Source: Jimgerdemannia flammicorona
Lineage: Eukaryota
Reading direction: 5' to 3'
NCBI GenBank assembly: GCA_003990765.1
Contig: RBNJ01000039.1
Coordinates: 1 to 48,091 of the forward strand
DNA: 48,091 nucleotides
In this document: positions 35,949-47,099 of the stretch, piece by piece
Layout: each line of letters starts with the position of its first letter
Numbering within the stretch: the first letter of the stretch is position 1
Translations under genes and position numbers: made by a program
Notes under the pieces: model-generated
Databases searched by the model: none
Told to the model about the DNA's origin: nothing
What the model saw: the letters and a program-made list of their open reading frames with translations, nothing else

Positions 35949-38900
35949 AGATGTGTAATGGGTTCCAACTCACTACTTGGGTGTTTGCTCTTTCATCCCA
36001 TGAACACCTTTAGGAAACCATATTACTGGCAAGGGAGTACTGGCACTGGCAGAGGCTCTGAAACAGAACACAACTCTAACTATGCTGAATCTCCAAGGTA
36101 TGTTTGAACTATGCGAACTGTTGTTTCTAGTTATGCAATGAGTGCTAAACTCACGACGTTTGATCTTCCATTCCCCCTTCATCTTTAGGGAACGGCGTTG
36201 GCGACGAGGGAGCACTCGCACTGGCGGAAGCTCTGAAGAGGAACACAGCCCTAAAGACGCTGGATCTCTGGTGTATGTTGAAGCTATGCGAACGGTTATT
36301 TTCAGTTGTGTGATTGATTCCAACTCATGACCTTTGCGTGTTTACTCGCCCATCTTTAGCGAACGGAATTGGCACCAACGGAGCACTCGCACTGGCTGAG
36401 TCTCTGACACAGAACACGACTTTGACTGCACTAATTCTGGAATGTACGTTTGAACTGTGTGAACTGTTGTTTGCAGCTGTGTGACGAGTTCCTACTCGCG
36501 CGACTTTTATATTTTACTCATTCATCTCCTGTTCATCTTCAGCCAACAAAATCGGCGATGAAGGAACGCGCGCATTGGCCGAGTCTCTGAAGCAGAACAC
36601 GACCCTGACTGAGCTGAATATCGATTGTAAGTTTGAACTGTGCAAACTGTTGTTTGCGGTCTCATGGGTTCCAACTCACATCCTGTGTGTGGCTTCTCCC
36701 CTGTTTATCTCCAGTCAACAAAATCGGCGATGCGGGATCGCGCGCACTGGCCGAATCTCTGAAGCAGAACACCACTCTAACTATGCTGAATCTAATAGGT
36801 ATTATTGAACTATGTGAACTGTTGTTTTCAACTTTGTGATGAGTTCTAATCCCGTGTTTATTCATCGATCCCCTGTTCATATTCAGGCAACGACATCAGT
36901 GACGTGGGAGTGGGTGCACTGGCAGAGTCTCTAAATCAGAACACGACCCTGACTGCGCTGAAGCTCCGTAGTATGTTTGACCTATGTTAAATGTTGTTTT
37001 CGGCTGTGTGATGAGTTCCAACTCACCTATGTATTCATCACTTGTTCATCTTCAGAACGCATCGATTATGTAGGAGGCATCGGCGATGTGGGAGTGCGCG
37101 TACTGGCCGAGTCTCTAAAGCGAAACACGACCCTGACTGAACTTTACATCGGCGGTATGTTGGAACTGTGATTACATATCTGTGACAAATTCCAACTCAC
37201 CAGTGCATGTTTGTTCATCCATCCCCTGTTCACCTTTAGGTGACGAAATTGGTACTGAGGGAGCACTCGCACTGGCCGAGTCTCTGAAGCAGAATGCTAC
37301 CTTAACTACGCTGAATCTCTGCTTCAGTATGTTTTGAAGTTTTTGAAGCGCTAGCTGCATCTGTGTGATGAGTTCTGACCAGCGGCTTATTCGTGTTTGC
37401 TTACTCATCCTCTGTTCATCTTTAGGTAACAAAATCGGAGCTGAGGGAGGGCGCGCGCTGGCCGAGTCTCTGAAGCAGAACACCACCCTGACTGCACTGA
37501 GGCTTTGTGGTATGGTTTAACCTTATGAAATATTTGCATTATGTGATGGCGTATTTGCTCATCCATACCTGTCCTTTATTAGGTAGCGAAATTGGTACCG
37601 AGGGAGCAATCGCACTGGCCGAGTCTCTGAAGCAGAACACAACTCTGACTGCGTTGGATCTTAGCCGTATGTTTGAACTTGGTGAAATGTTTTTGTAACT
37701 GTATGGTGGTTCCAACTGACAAGCCATTCATATTTTTCATATACCTTGTTCATATTTAGAGAATAAGGTTGGTGACGATGGAGTAAGTGCATTGGCCGAG
37801 TCTCTGAGGCAGAACACCACCCTGACCTCACTGTATCTTATCTGTATGTTTTTACTGTGTGAACTGTTGTTTGCAGCTATGCAATGTATTCCAACATATA
37901 CACTTACCCTCCCTCATCCCTATTCACCTTCAGCAAACGAGATTGGTGACAAGGGCGCACGCATTCTGATCCAGTCTCTGAAGCAGAACGCCACATTGAC
38001 CACGCTAAACCTAGAAAGTCAGTATGATTCTGTTTTTACTACATGACGTGTTTTATGTTTGTCTCTTGTCAGTTTTTGCTCATGTGCTATTGAAACGTAT
38101 TAGGGAATGCAATCAACGACCCGATGGTATGTCTATTAGGCAACGCTCTGAAGCGAAACACCACTCTGACCAAGCTATATGTCCAACGTATGTAGGATCC
38201 GTGCGAACTGTTACTTTGAGCCTCATTATGTAATTTAGCTCATTACCTTTTTTATGTTTGCTAGGTTATGAAGGAACAGCTTCAAGCCTATCACTTTGTT
38301 TTCAGTACAAGCCAGCCAAAAATTCTCTTGACCAGATCCGGGAAATTCTCAAAAGCGCTGACTACAATTTTATGTCAAAACTTAAGGGCAGCTTTCCCAG
38401 TGATGACAAAAAACTTTTGGAATGCTTAAGCATGCTCCAAATTGAGGAAATTGCTCCTTGTATGGTTTGGATACCTTATAATGAATTTATACAGATCGAA
38501 CCATTGGGTCAAGGTGGATTTGCCACTGTATACAAAGCCAAAGTAAATTGTGTTGGAAAGAAAAGAACTGTCGCATTGAAGATGTTGAATGGAAGTGATC
38601 TTGTTTTAGATCAATTGCAAAATGAGGTATGTATAAGTTATTCTGTTACAGCTACAACGTCATTTTCACATTTACTGATATTGGATCATCTGTGCTGCAT
38701 TTTGTCATCGCCAGCTACTACTCAACACCTATCTTCGGCTCAGCAATCGTCGAGTGGCAACACCAGCAGTCATTGGACTATCAAAGAGCGACGTGGGGAC
38801 TTATATCTTGGTAATGGAGTATGCTAGTGGTGGCAACCTTGCACAACTCCTTACCCAGTATCCGCCAAAATCGTGGTCGCTTGTATGGCAACTTGCTGCA

Positions 38901-39509
38901 GAAATTACTCGACGATTGCAAATGATTCATAAAGCTGGCTTGATTCACAACGACTTGCACCCCGGAAACATCGTGTTCATTACTGGGACCAACCCCATGA
39001 TCATTGACGTCGGCATAGGCCAAACAGTAGGGTATTTCCGTGAACGTGATGGCTCATATGGTCGAATGGAATACCTTCCACCGGAAGCTATCGACCTGGA
39101 TGAACCTTTCACCCAAAAATCTGACATATACTGCCTTGGAACAATTCTATGGAGGCTTACGACAAATTATTGCCCCCGTGGAACAGCAAAAAATCCGCCC
39201 GGTGCCGCTGCTTCTGCTGGATTGCGTGAAGAACCGATTCCCGGCACGCCAATCGAATATTTGAATATCTACAAGAGATGCTGGCATTCTATCTCCGAAA
39301 TGCGACCGACCATCGAGGAAGTGTTGAGAGATCTTGAAGATATAGAGATGGAGATCGCAAATGAGGATTGGCTAGATGATGAAATTGCAAATCATCTGGA
39401 GAGAATCCAAGGCGAGATGGCTGAAGAGGCTGATTTCGAGTTTTTCGGTGGTTCCGCCAGTCGTTATCACACAAATACCGAGCTAGAAAGACTTACCACT
39501 TCTGCATGA
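34184..39509 (+). CDS. Cytoplasmic LRR (RI-like, 21 repeats) - TKL-type protein kinase, ~1045 aa, ~24 exons
   Basis: Hand-built exons: 34184-34205, 34310-34471; LRR exons 34618-34698, 34797-34880, 34979-35062, 35148-35231, 35319-35402, 35494-35679 (two repeats), 35782-35865, 36014-36097, 36189-36272, 36360-36443, 36543-36626, 36715-36798, 36887-36970, 37056-37154, 37240-37326, 37426-37509, 37583-37666, 37760-37843, 37934-38017, 38104-38187; then 38265-38626 and 38715-39509. Total 3138 nt, open frame. LRR consensus xNxIGxEGAxALAESLKQNTTLTxLxLx. Kinase motifs GQGGFATV, VALK, HNDLHPGNI, DVG, YLPPE, SDIYCLG. The first exon is the least certain. Confidence 0.92.
35886..35946 (+). repeat. Poly(T) tract, 61 nt, inside an LRR intron
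   Basis: Direct count. It replaces the CTGTTGTTT seen at the same position in sister introns. Confidence 0.9.
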
Positions 39510-39904
39510 GCAATATTTATATATTCAGGCAAGTTTCGCCATATATCCAAATGATCAGATATCTGGGCGAGCAGTGGTATTTCCGCCCGAATGTCGTTTT
39601 GTTTTCTAATTCTTATGCTCCTTATTTCAACATAGTGCGACGAGATTTGGAGCGATGTGACTGGTACAGATGTGATAGGTTTACGATTGACGATGGACTT
39701 GTTCAGATAGGAATGGGAGATGTATTGTTAGGGGAAATGTAGCTGGTTGGAGGTATTCAATTTCAAGTTACGCACGCTGTATTCACATCGAGTCCAAATA
39801 AAGTAGTATGTCAAAATAAATTTATTTGAGATAAAATGGTATCTGATAAAGCACATAATATATTGTCGCGTCGTTCTACATCATCGGTTCTCCACCGGGT
39901 AAAC

Positions 39905-40720
39905 TTACAGCAAGTTCAAGTATTTCTGCCAGCTCCTTGTTGGCGGATTCGTGGTCGAGGTGGCGATGTGGAAGGGACGCGTGTTCCACTTAAACCCCGA
40001 TATCTGGCAACGTGAATATTTCCCTTCTCTATTCGTCCACACTTCGAGAAGATGATCGTGCGAGGGAGAGTAAGCGCTTGGTTGCTTTCGAGTCGATTGA
40101 CCCCAAATCGACCGTCCTCAAGTTGAGGCATGAACTTGAACTCGGTTTTGAGCCGTATGGCGAATCGCAGTAACCAGACTTGTCGCATATTCAATCTTGA
40201 AGAGATCAGCGGGGAATGGTGACGTTAGTTAGGTATAGCGATATTGAGATGAATGCATTTAATACCAAAGCGTTTGAGGAATTTTTGGGCTATCTGACGT
40301 GTTTGAGGGTGCCAGCAAGATGTGGTGAAACTTCCGCCTCATCGATATATAAATCCAAAATGAGTAAGTAAGCGTAAATATATGTCGTGTCGCTCTTCAA
40401 GTTTTACGAGATGAAGACCTGAACCTGGTGGCGGCGTGGTAAAACCTTTTGGACTGCGACGTGAATCTGGCGACCAATATTAAGGTAGACGATCAGTGAG
40501 TAGCAGTGGTGTATGATAACTTTGTGCTTAAAAAAAAAAAATTCTGATACTTACGGAAAATGTTGTTTCCTATTTCTCCGAGTAAACACGGCTGACTCTC
40601 TAAGCGTTCCTCCGGTTGATGGCGATATTATTTTCTTAAGACGAGATCACGAAGCTGGAAAACTGAAGATCATTCGGTCTATATTTCGAGCGATGGAAAC
40701 GACAATCTGCCAGGTGCTGG
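39905..40720 (-). pseudogene. Possible frameshifted F-box/LRR-like gene relic
   Basis: Minus-strand splice signals (GTAAG at ~39908 and ~40554, CTAAC at ~40228). Fragments RMIFSF, CLNLRTVDL and IIFSKCGRIEK occur in different frames with stops. Confidence 0.25.
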
Positions 40721-41137
40721 AGGTTCCAAAAAAGAATGAGTTGAAAGGATGGTCAGACGAAGCGTGGCAGACATTTAGTACTGAAAGAGTTTCATTTATT
40801 GAATAGTTAATTTTTCAACTTTATCAATATATCGTAATGGTTAATGAGATGCCAATAGTAATAAAATCATTATAATTACATTAGGATAGTATTCCGGTTT
40901 GTTCTCATACAAGTATACATATTTTAGTATTTCAATCTGCCATTAATTTAGACAAAAGTACTGAAAATATGGCCAAGCTAAAGGTATTATTAGTAATACG
41001 ATGGTGAAATAACTGATAACAGAGTATATTAGAAACGATGAAGTATATTATATATGAAAGAATATATAAAATACAATAAATATGTTAAGTATAAAAGTAT
41101 GTTAGAGTATTTAGGTATAAAGTGTGTGCGGAAACGT

Positions 41138-42967
41138 TCAACTCAGCGATTTTTCGAGATTCTCGCTACCTAAGAGTTAGTACTTGATATTTAGTGGTGA
41201 TAAAAATTATTATTCCGAGGGGTATAATGCTTCACCCACCCAAAGCCTCCATCTCCACCTCCACCCCCGTCCTGACCATGCCCCTCCTCTCCTCCTCTTT
41301 CCTCTCTCTCTCGCACCGACACATCTCCTTCCTCGCCCTTATCACACCCTGCTCCTCCCCTTCCCTTTCCCATCTCTCACACACCTCACAACAAAACACC
41401 TTCCCGTCCGCATACCTCCCCGCACGACACTCATCACAACATAGCACTAGCAGATGACAACTGGCGCCCGCGCACTTCGTATATCGGTCTTCGCGTGTGA
41501 CGGCACAGATCTGGCACCAGGATATAATGACACCCGCGTCATCCCCATTCTCCCACTCACCCTTACCCTTTTCATCGAGACCAAGTGACTGCCGCGCATC
41601 GAAGATGTAGTTCCTGCCGCGCCAGAGCGAGTCGATGATTGCTGAGGATCCGGTAGCCGACACAGGGTCGGACTGCAACTGCTGCTGCTCCTTGACCCAC
41701 TCTAGGTAGTTGTGGATTCCACCGTCAAGCATCAGGATCTTGGTGCGGAGGGCACCTTCGGTGTGAGAGAGGGATTGGCGGAGGTAGGCGGTGGCCTTTT
41801 CGCAACGGATGCCGCTGATTAGGGGAGAGAAGTTTTTGTGGTGGCGATGAGATCAGACGCACGATATAAACATCTCAAGAATAATGTATACCAGCCGAAA
41901 GAAAGAAAGGCAGCAAAAAAAAAAAAAAAAAAAACCTTGACAATCTCCTTATCATCTCCACTCACCCGGTACAATACGCCAGCACGGTTTTCCCCTCCCA
42001 CGCGGCCCTATTTCTTTCCACGAAATCCGGGAACGCGCCGAACCTCCGAATCGGTGGACATAGGGCTCCATCAAACCTACCAATTCTGCTCTCATAATAA
42101 TTTCTCGTATCTAGGCACACATACTCGCCCGGATTTTCCCTCGCCTTCTTCAGCAATCCAAAAAATTCCGCAGGCGATACCTTCCCGTCTGCGCCTTCCT
42201 TGACTCTGAGGCCTGGCACACCTAGAGGACAAATTTCGTCGACGACGCGGACGGATAGTGATGGGAAGACGTGGGCGCACCCCGATGAAGGTTTGAAGAA
42301 GAGATGGCGACGGCGTGTGAAGGCAGTATCGGGATCCTCTGCGGAGAGACGGCCGGCCGCGAGAACAGGATGCCGTGAGATCCAGTCAACGTAGGAGGCG
42401 ATGGATGGGTTGATACCGGCAAGGGTCGCGTTGATGCCCTCGGCCGCGATGCGGATCTTGCCTGTGAGGCCCAGGCGCGTGCACAGGTCGTGATGGTGCG
42501 CGGCGAAGAGAAGTGGGTCGGAGACGGGCACGTATTTGTAGAAGAGGATCACGGTCGAAAAAGTTGGATCGCATGCGCAGGTGAGGGTGACGGGGTCGGA
42601 GGAGCCCTGGAGATGTTAGATTTGACGTGTTATTGATGCCCACATTGGAACTCATACAATCAGAGCTCCTAACCCGACTACAAACCTTCTCCGCTCTCCT
42701 TCTCCTAAACCTCTCAACCAGCTCTTCCTCCCCCTTGCTCCTCCCCTCCCCTTTGAGTCGCCTCAGAAACACCTCGCGCATCTCGTCCAACTCAATCTGG
42801 TGCTGGGAATGGACGTGCCGGGAGACGCTCTCCAACGTCACGTACACCTTGCCGCAGCAGACCCAGCGTCCTGCTTCGGAGGCGTCGTTCGACTGATGAC
42901 GGGCCTCAAGGAAGGTGTTGATGGCCTGGCGCTTCGCGGCGCGTTCGCGGGCCGATGGCTTAGGCAT
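41138..42967 (-). CDS. TSTD2: Rhodanese-domain protein, TSTD2/TrhO(YceA)-like
   Basis: Exons 42967-42686, 42606-41966, 41814-41240 and a probable short last exon 41169-41138 (otherwise stop at 41232). Motifs WxCC...RHVHSQH, ILFYKY, GKIRIAAEGINAT, DTRNYYESRIGRF, YCTGGIRCEK (formed across a splice junction), LDGGIHNY, NYIFDAR and a Cys-rich C-terminus. Confidence 0.92.
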
Positions 42968-43163
42968 GGCGTGAATGTCAAAGCCGCAGAATGTGATGTG
43001 TTGTCACAGCCGAAAAGACAGTCACGCTTCCCTCACTTCCCCAATTCCGCAAAACCTGAATGCCTTTATTTCACCAAGTCTTTCTGAAATTTTTTATCCT
43101 TTTACGGAATCACACATTGTCAAAAATTCCCGAAACTATACAGATAAGTTTCGTCTCAACCGT

Positions 43164-44135
43164 TTACTTAGCGACACCTGTATTGTGGAGAAAATTTTGT
43201 TAAACACATGTCAAACACACGTAGAGCATCCCAAAATCGAGATCGTGGGACCTACCAATGACACCGCAGGCCAAGCGGTCGCCAGCGTTACCGGTGGTAA
43301 TGGAGAGTTGGTCGCCCTTCAGACCAAGGTCGTCCTCGTCGGCGTGGATAACGACGGTACGGCTGTGGGTGGTTGAAGTGTTAATGGTTAATTATGTTAG
43401 ATAAACATAGTTTGAGCAACTGTTAAAAAAACAGAGGCAGGTCTTCACGATGGCCAGAAACTGTACGATGTCCTTTTCTAACTACTCAGCCAATTCCCCT
43501 TTACAAACATTCCTGGCGACAAAGTAATACTTTGACTCCGCGTTCATTTTTCTTAATCTATATTTTCACCATGAAACATTCGTGCCCATCCCTCGTCCTG
43601 ATTGCCACCACCTACCCAATGACGGAGTAGGGACCGATCAACTTGACCTGATTGTCGGTTTTGGTGAATTCGGCGACACCATCGTCATTGGCAAAAACGT
43701 TGCCGAGGTCACCGGTGTGGCGAATGTCTTTATCCGGGGCCCCGTGATTTTTGCCGTGGGGATTGTAGTGGGCGCCGGCGGAGACACAACCTAGTACGAG
43801 TGAGGAAAAAGGACGTGTGAGAAGGGGTTGAAGTCGGAAGGAGTGGGGCGTATATGCAACGCGTTTGTACGTGTTGCACATTACAGGAAATGCGCCAAAA
43901 ACGGATACCCACGAGTCAAAGGAGCGAAACGTGTCAAACCCCTAACCCCTACACCCACACATTACATACCATTGGTGTTATCGCCAAACTCGTGAATGTG
44001 GAATCCGTGGTTCCCTTTCTTGAGGCCGGTGATGGTGCCCTTGATGACAGTTGAGGCGGACTCGTTCTCCTGGGAAAGGAGGATGGTACCGGTGACGGAG
44101 GGGCCACCCTTGAGAACGGCGACAGCATTGACCAT
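43164..44135 (-). CDS. SOD1: Cu/Zn superoxide dismutase (153 aa, 4 exons)
   Basis: Exons 44135-43970, 43790-43616, 43362-43256 and 43177-43164 (462 nt). [46 protein letters not shown] and [13 protein letters not shown]; all metal ligands present. Confidence 0.98.
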
Positions 44136-44559
44136 GTTTGCTATGTAGAATGTGAATTTGGGTTCAGAAGCACTGAGTAGAGAATACAGAGAACGGGAGG
44201 TGCTGGGTAAGGGGTGAGGAAGGTGAATATTTATTCAGAGAACTGACAGGGGTTCCCACATGTCGTCACGCAGACACGGGACGGGAGACGGCGTCAACCC
44301 CCTTGCAGAATTGATCAGCATGGCGTTTTTTTTTTTTTTTAGCTTATGGTTTTGGTTTTTGGGTTTTGTTTTTGTAGCGAAGCGAAGCACTGGTACCATG
44401 GGGGAACGAGGGATGACGCGTACACAATGAAGGTTGAGAGATGAAACTGGGTGAATCATGGTAGACCGGAATCGAAATTATCCGGCCTCTTGTCAAATAC
44501 GTCAAAACCAATCTGTGATTTATCTAGAAGAATATTTTGTATAGCCAATAGCTTGATAG

Positions 44560-45200
44560 TGAATTTGTATATAACATTGGATAAGTATCATTGGATAAGT
44601 AATACCAATTATTGATAATAAATATTATTTTTCTTTATTAAATTTAAATATTTTATTAGATAAAATAATAAAAATTTTGAGTTTTATTTTATAATTAAAT
44701 AAAATCATTATGATTATTATGATTATTATGATTATAAATTTTAAATATATATATATTTTTTAATAAAAATTAATTTATTTTAATGGTTAAATTTCTTGAT
44801 ATATAACTTTTTGATTTTAAATTTAAATAAAATAAGTATATTTTTGAGTTTAATAATTATTAATAAAAAGGGTAACTATCTTAATATTTAAATATTATTT
44901 ATTATATTTAATTAAAAAATATTTTTTTTAATTAATTTAAATAATTTAATTTATTGTTTTTTTTTTTTAACTAAAGTTTAAAATAAAAATTATTTATATA
45001 TTTTTAAAGTTTAAATATTTATAATATTTAAAATATTTATTTTTAGATATTTTTTTATTTAATTAATTTATAAATTAAAAATTTAAGTCTTTATATTTCT
45101 TAATTTAACTTTAAAGAAATAAATTTTTTTAAGTTAGATATATTTTAATTAAAATTTATAAAATAATATCAACTTTTAATTTATTATCTACTATTTAGAA
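44560..45200. other. Extremely AT-rich tract, probably an end-stage mutated TE
   Basis: Almost no G/C; grades into the recognisable LTR-C copy at ~45220. Confidence 0.5.
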
Positions 45201-45219
45201 AGAACTAATACTAATATTA

Positions 45220-45640
45220 TAATAATTTCTTAGTATTTCTTATCTTTGCATCTTTTTCTCTAGTCTTTTTTTTGTCTTTTCTTAAATATTCTATAATATT
45301 TTAATATTTTTCAAATACTTAGAAATCCTCTCTTAGCATCAAAACTTTACTAGAATATTTTTATCTTTTCTAAACACTAAGTATCTTATCTTAGCTAGTT
45401 ATAGAATCTTTTGGAATGTTATAGAATTCTATTAGTTATCTTTATCAAGAATCTATTTTCTGATTTTTCTCTTTATTTCTAAATTCTTTTTTCAGATCTA
45501 TATAAATATCTCTATCTTCTACTTGAATAAAATATAGCTTATTTTCTTTAAGATCTCTTGAATCTATAAGTATCTCTTTAGTTCTATCTGAATACTTCTA
45601 GATTTAGTTACTTTCTCTTAAAGAAACTAAAATCATTATA
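45220..45640 (+). mobile_element. LTR family C copy, heavily mutated
   Basis: Shares AAGTATCTTATCTTAGCTA..TATAGAATCTTTTGGAAT and the terminus CTCTTAAAGAAACTAAAATCATTATA with 19176-19992. Start approximate. Confidence 0.75.
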
Positions 45641-46165
45641 CTTAGTAGTAGTAGTAAAGTTATATCTTACCTTATTAAGAAACCTCATATAAATATAGAT
45701 ATTCTTTCCTCTTTCTTTACTACTATATTAGTTATAAGATTTTGGTAGACAATCTATTAAGTTCTTTTTTCACAACTTTTACCCTCTCTATCTTAGATTA
45801 ATTTACTATATCTATTATAGAATAGTAGGAGAGAGATAATGGTTACCTCTTTATTAATAATAAATTAGTACCTTTTTTACTTTTTTATAGTTTCTGATAT
45901 CTCTAGCTATATCTAGAATATACTTATTTTGGTACAGTACCTTTTTTCTTTTACTATTATTATTAAGATATTATTGTGATATATTATAAGCTATATAGAG
46001 AGTTGGACAACCTTAGATATCAAGTACTAGTATAGATTATCTATAAGTTGTCAGTATCTATAGTAGAGCTCTCTGAGCTTTAGTAAGCTTTCTGATAAGT
46101 ATAGTTCTAATATAGATAACTGTTTTTTTAGATAGTATCAGAATAGGAGAAAAAATGACTATCAC

Positions 46166-46358
46166 TAGTACTTTTAAATAAATTAAATTAATTTAAATTG
46201 AATTAAATTGAGAGTTATTTGAATTAAATCAAATTGAGGATTTTTCAATTTGAATTAAGTTCAAATTGAATTAAATCTTAAATCAAATTTGACTTTTAAT
46301 TTGATTCAAATTAAATCAAATTGGATCTTTAATTCAATTCAATCTATTGAGAGTACTA
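46166..46358. mobile_element. Small degenerate hAT MITE (193 bp)
   Basis: TAGTACT...GAGTACTA ends; 8-bp flanks ACTATCAC/GCTGTTAT differ only by transitions; the empty site is visible in the homologous repeat at ~33500-33515. Confidence 0.8.
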
Positions 46359-47099
46359 GCTGTTATAGATAGACAGAAGGATAATTATAATAGACTAGTT
46401 GAGTGCTAGACTGATAATAGCTATTAAAGTTATAGTAAATATTATCTTAGTGGGGTCTTTTGATTGACTAGCAGACAGTGGAGTAGTATAGTAGTTGATA
46501 TCTTATCTATATCTAACTAGAACTAAGAGTTAATGCAGTAATATAATTAAGGCCTACAGGTTTAGAGAGCGAGATCTTCCTTATTTAACAGTATCTGACT
46601 AGAATCTTCTACTTAGACATATGAATACTATATTTATTTTTACTCACTAAGGAATAATTATAGTAATTACTAAATCCTTAATTTCAAAAAGATTCCAATA
46701 TATATCAGCAATTAAAGACAAAGACAAGATAAATGAATTCTAGTCCTCAGATGAATACAATTATCTATTTCAAAGACTTTCAAGAAAATCTATAAGGAAG
46801 AGTAAAAGATTCTCTCTCACCAATCTGTAGAGATCCTTATAATTAAAGACAATAACAATAGTATTTATATTATTACTTAAGTTCTTCAGATCACTTTATC
46901 TACCTATGACAAATATCAAAAAAGGTACTCAATAAGTAAGAAAATTAAACAGCAGAATGAGAGATTTGTTAAATAAGAATACTGTGATTATGAAAAGACC
47001 TTTATCTATTACTAGTATAAATATTGAAGTGTCTACCTTAGTGAAGATATATACCTATAAGAGCTGAGTCAAGAGAAAGAATCTCATCTTATAAGAACT

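Noticed and set aside
35713-36107. Poly-Lys and poly-Phe ORFs in the ORF track
   Set aside because: Artefacts of the intronic T61 run.
34797-38187. Regular repeat/spacer periodicity resembling a CRISPR array or DGR
   Set aside because: The repeats are coding exons bounded by AG/GT and the spacers are mutually homologous introns; no cas genes, DGR RT or template repeat; eukaryotic context.
38265-38480. Transmembrane segment that would make this a plant-like receptor kinase
   Set aside because: The LRR-kinase linker is charged and lacks a ~20-aa hydrophobic run, and no signal peptide is evident in the predicted N-terminus.
33982-39474. Minus-strand ORFs over the LRR-kinase (e.g. 179 aa at 33982-34521)
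   Set aside because: Antisense shadows with no motifs; the plus-strand spliced model explains the sequence.
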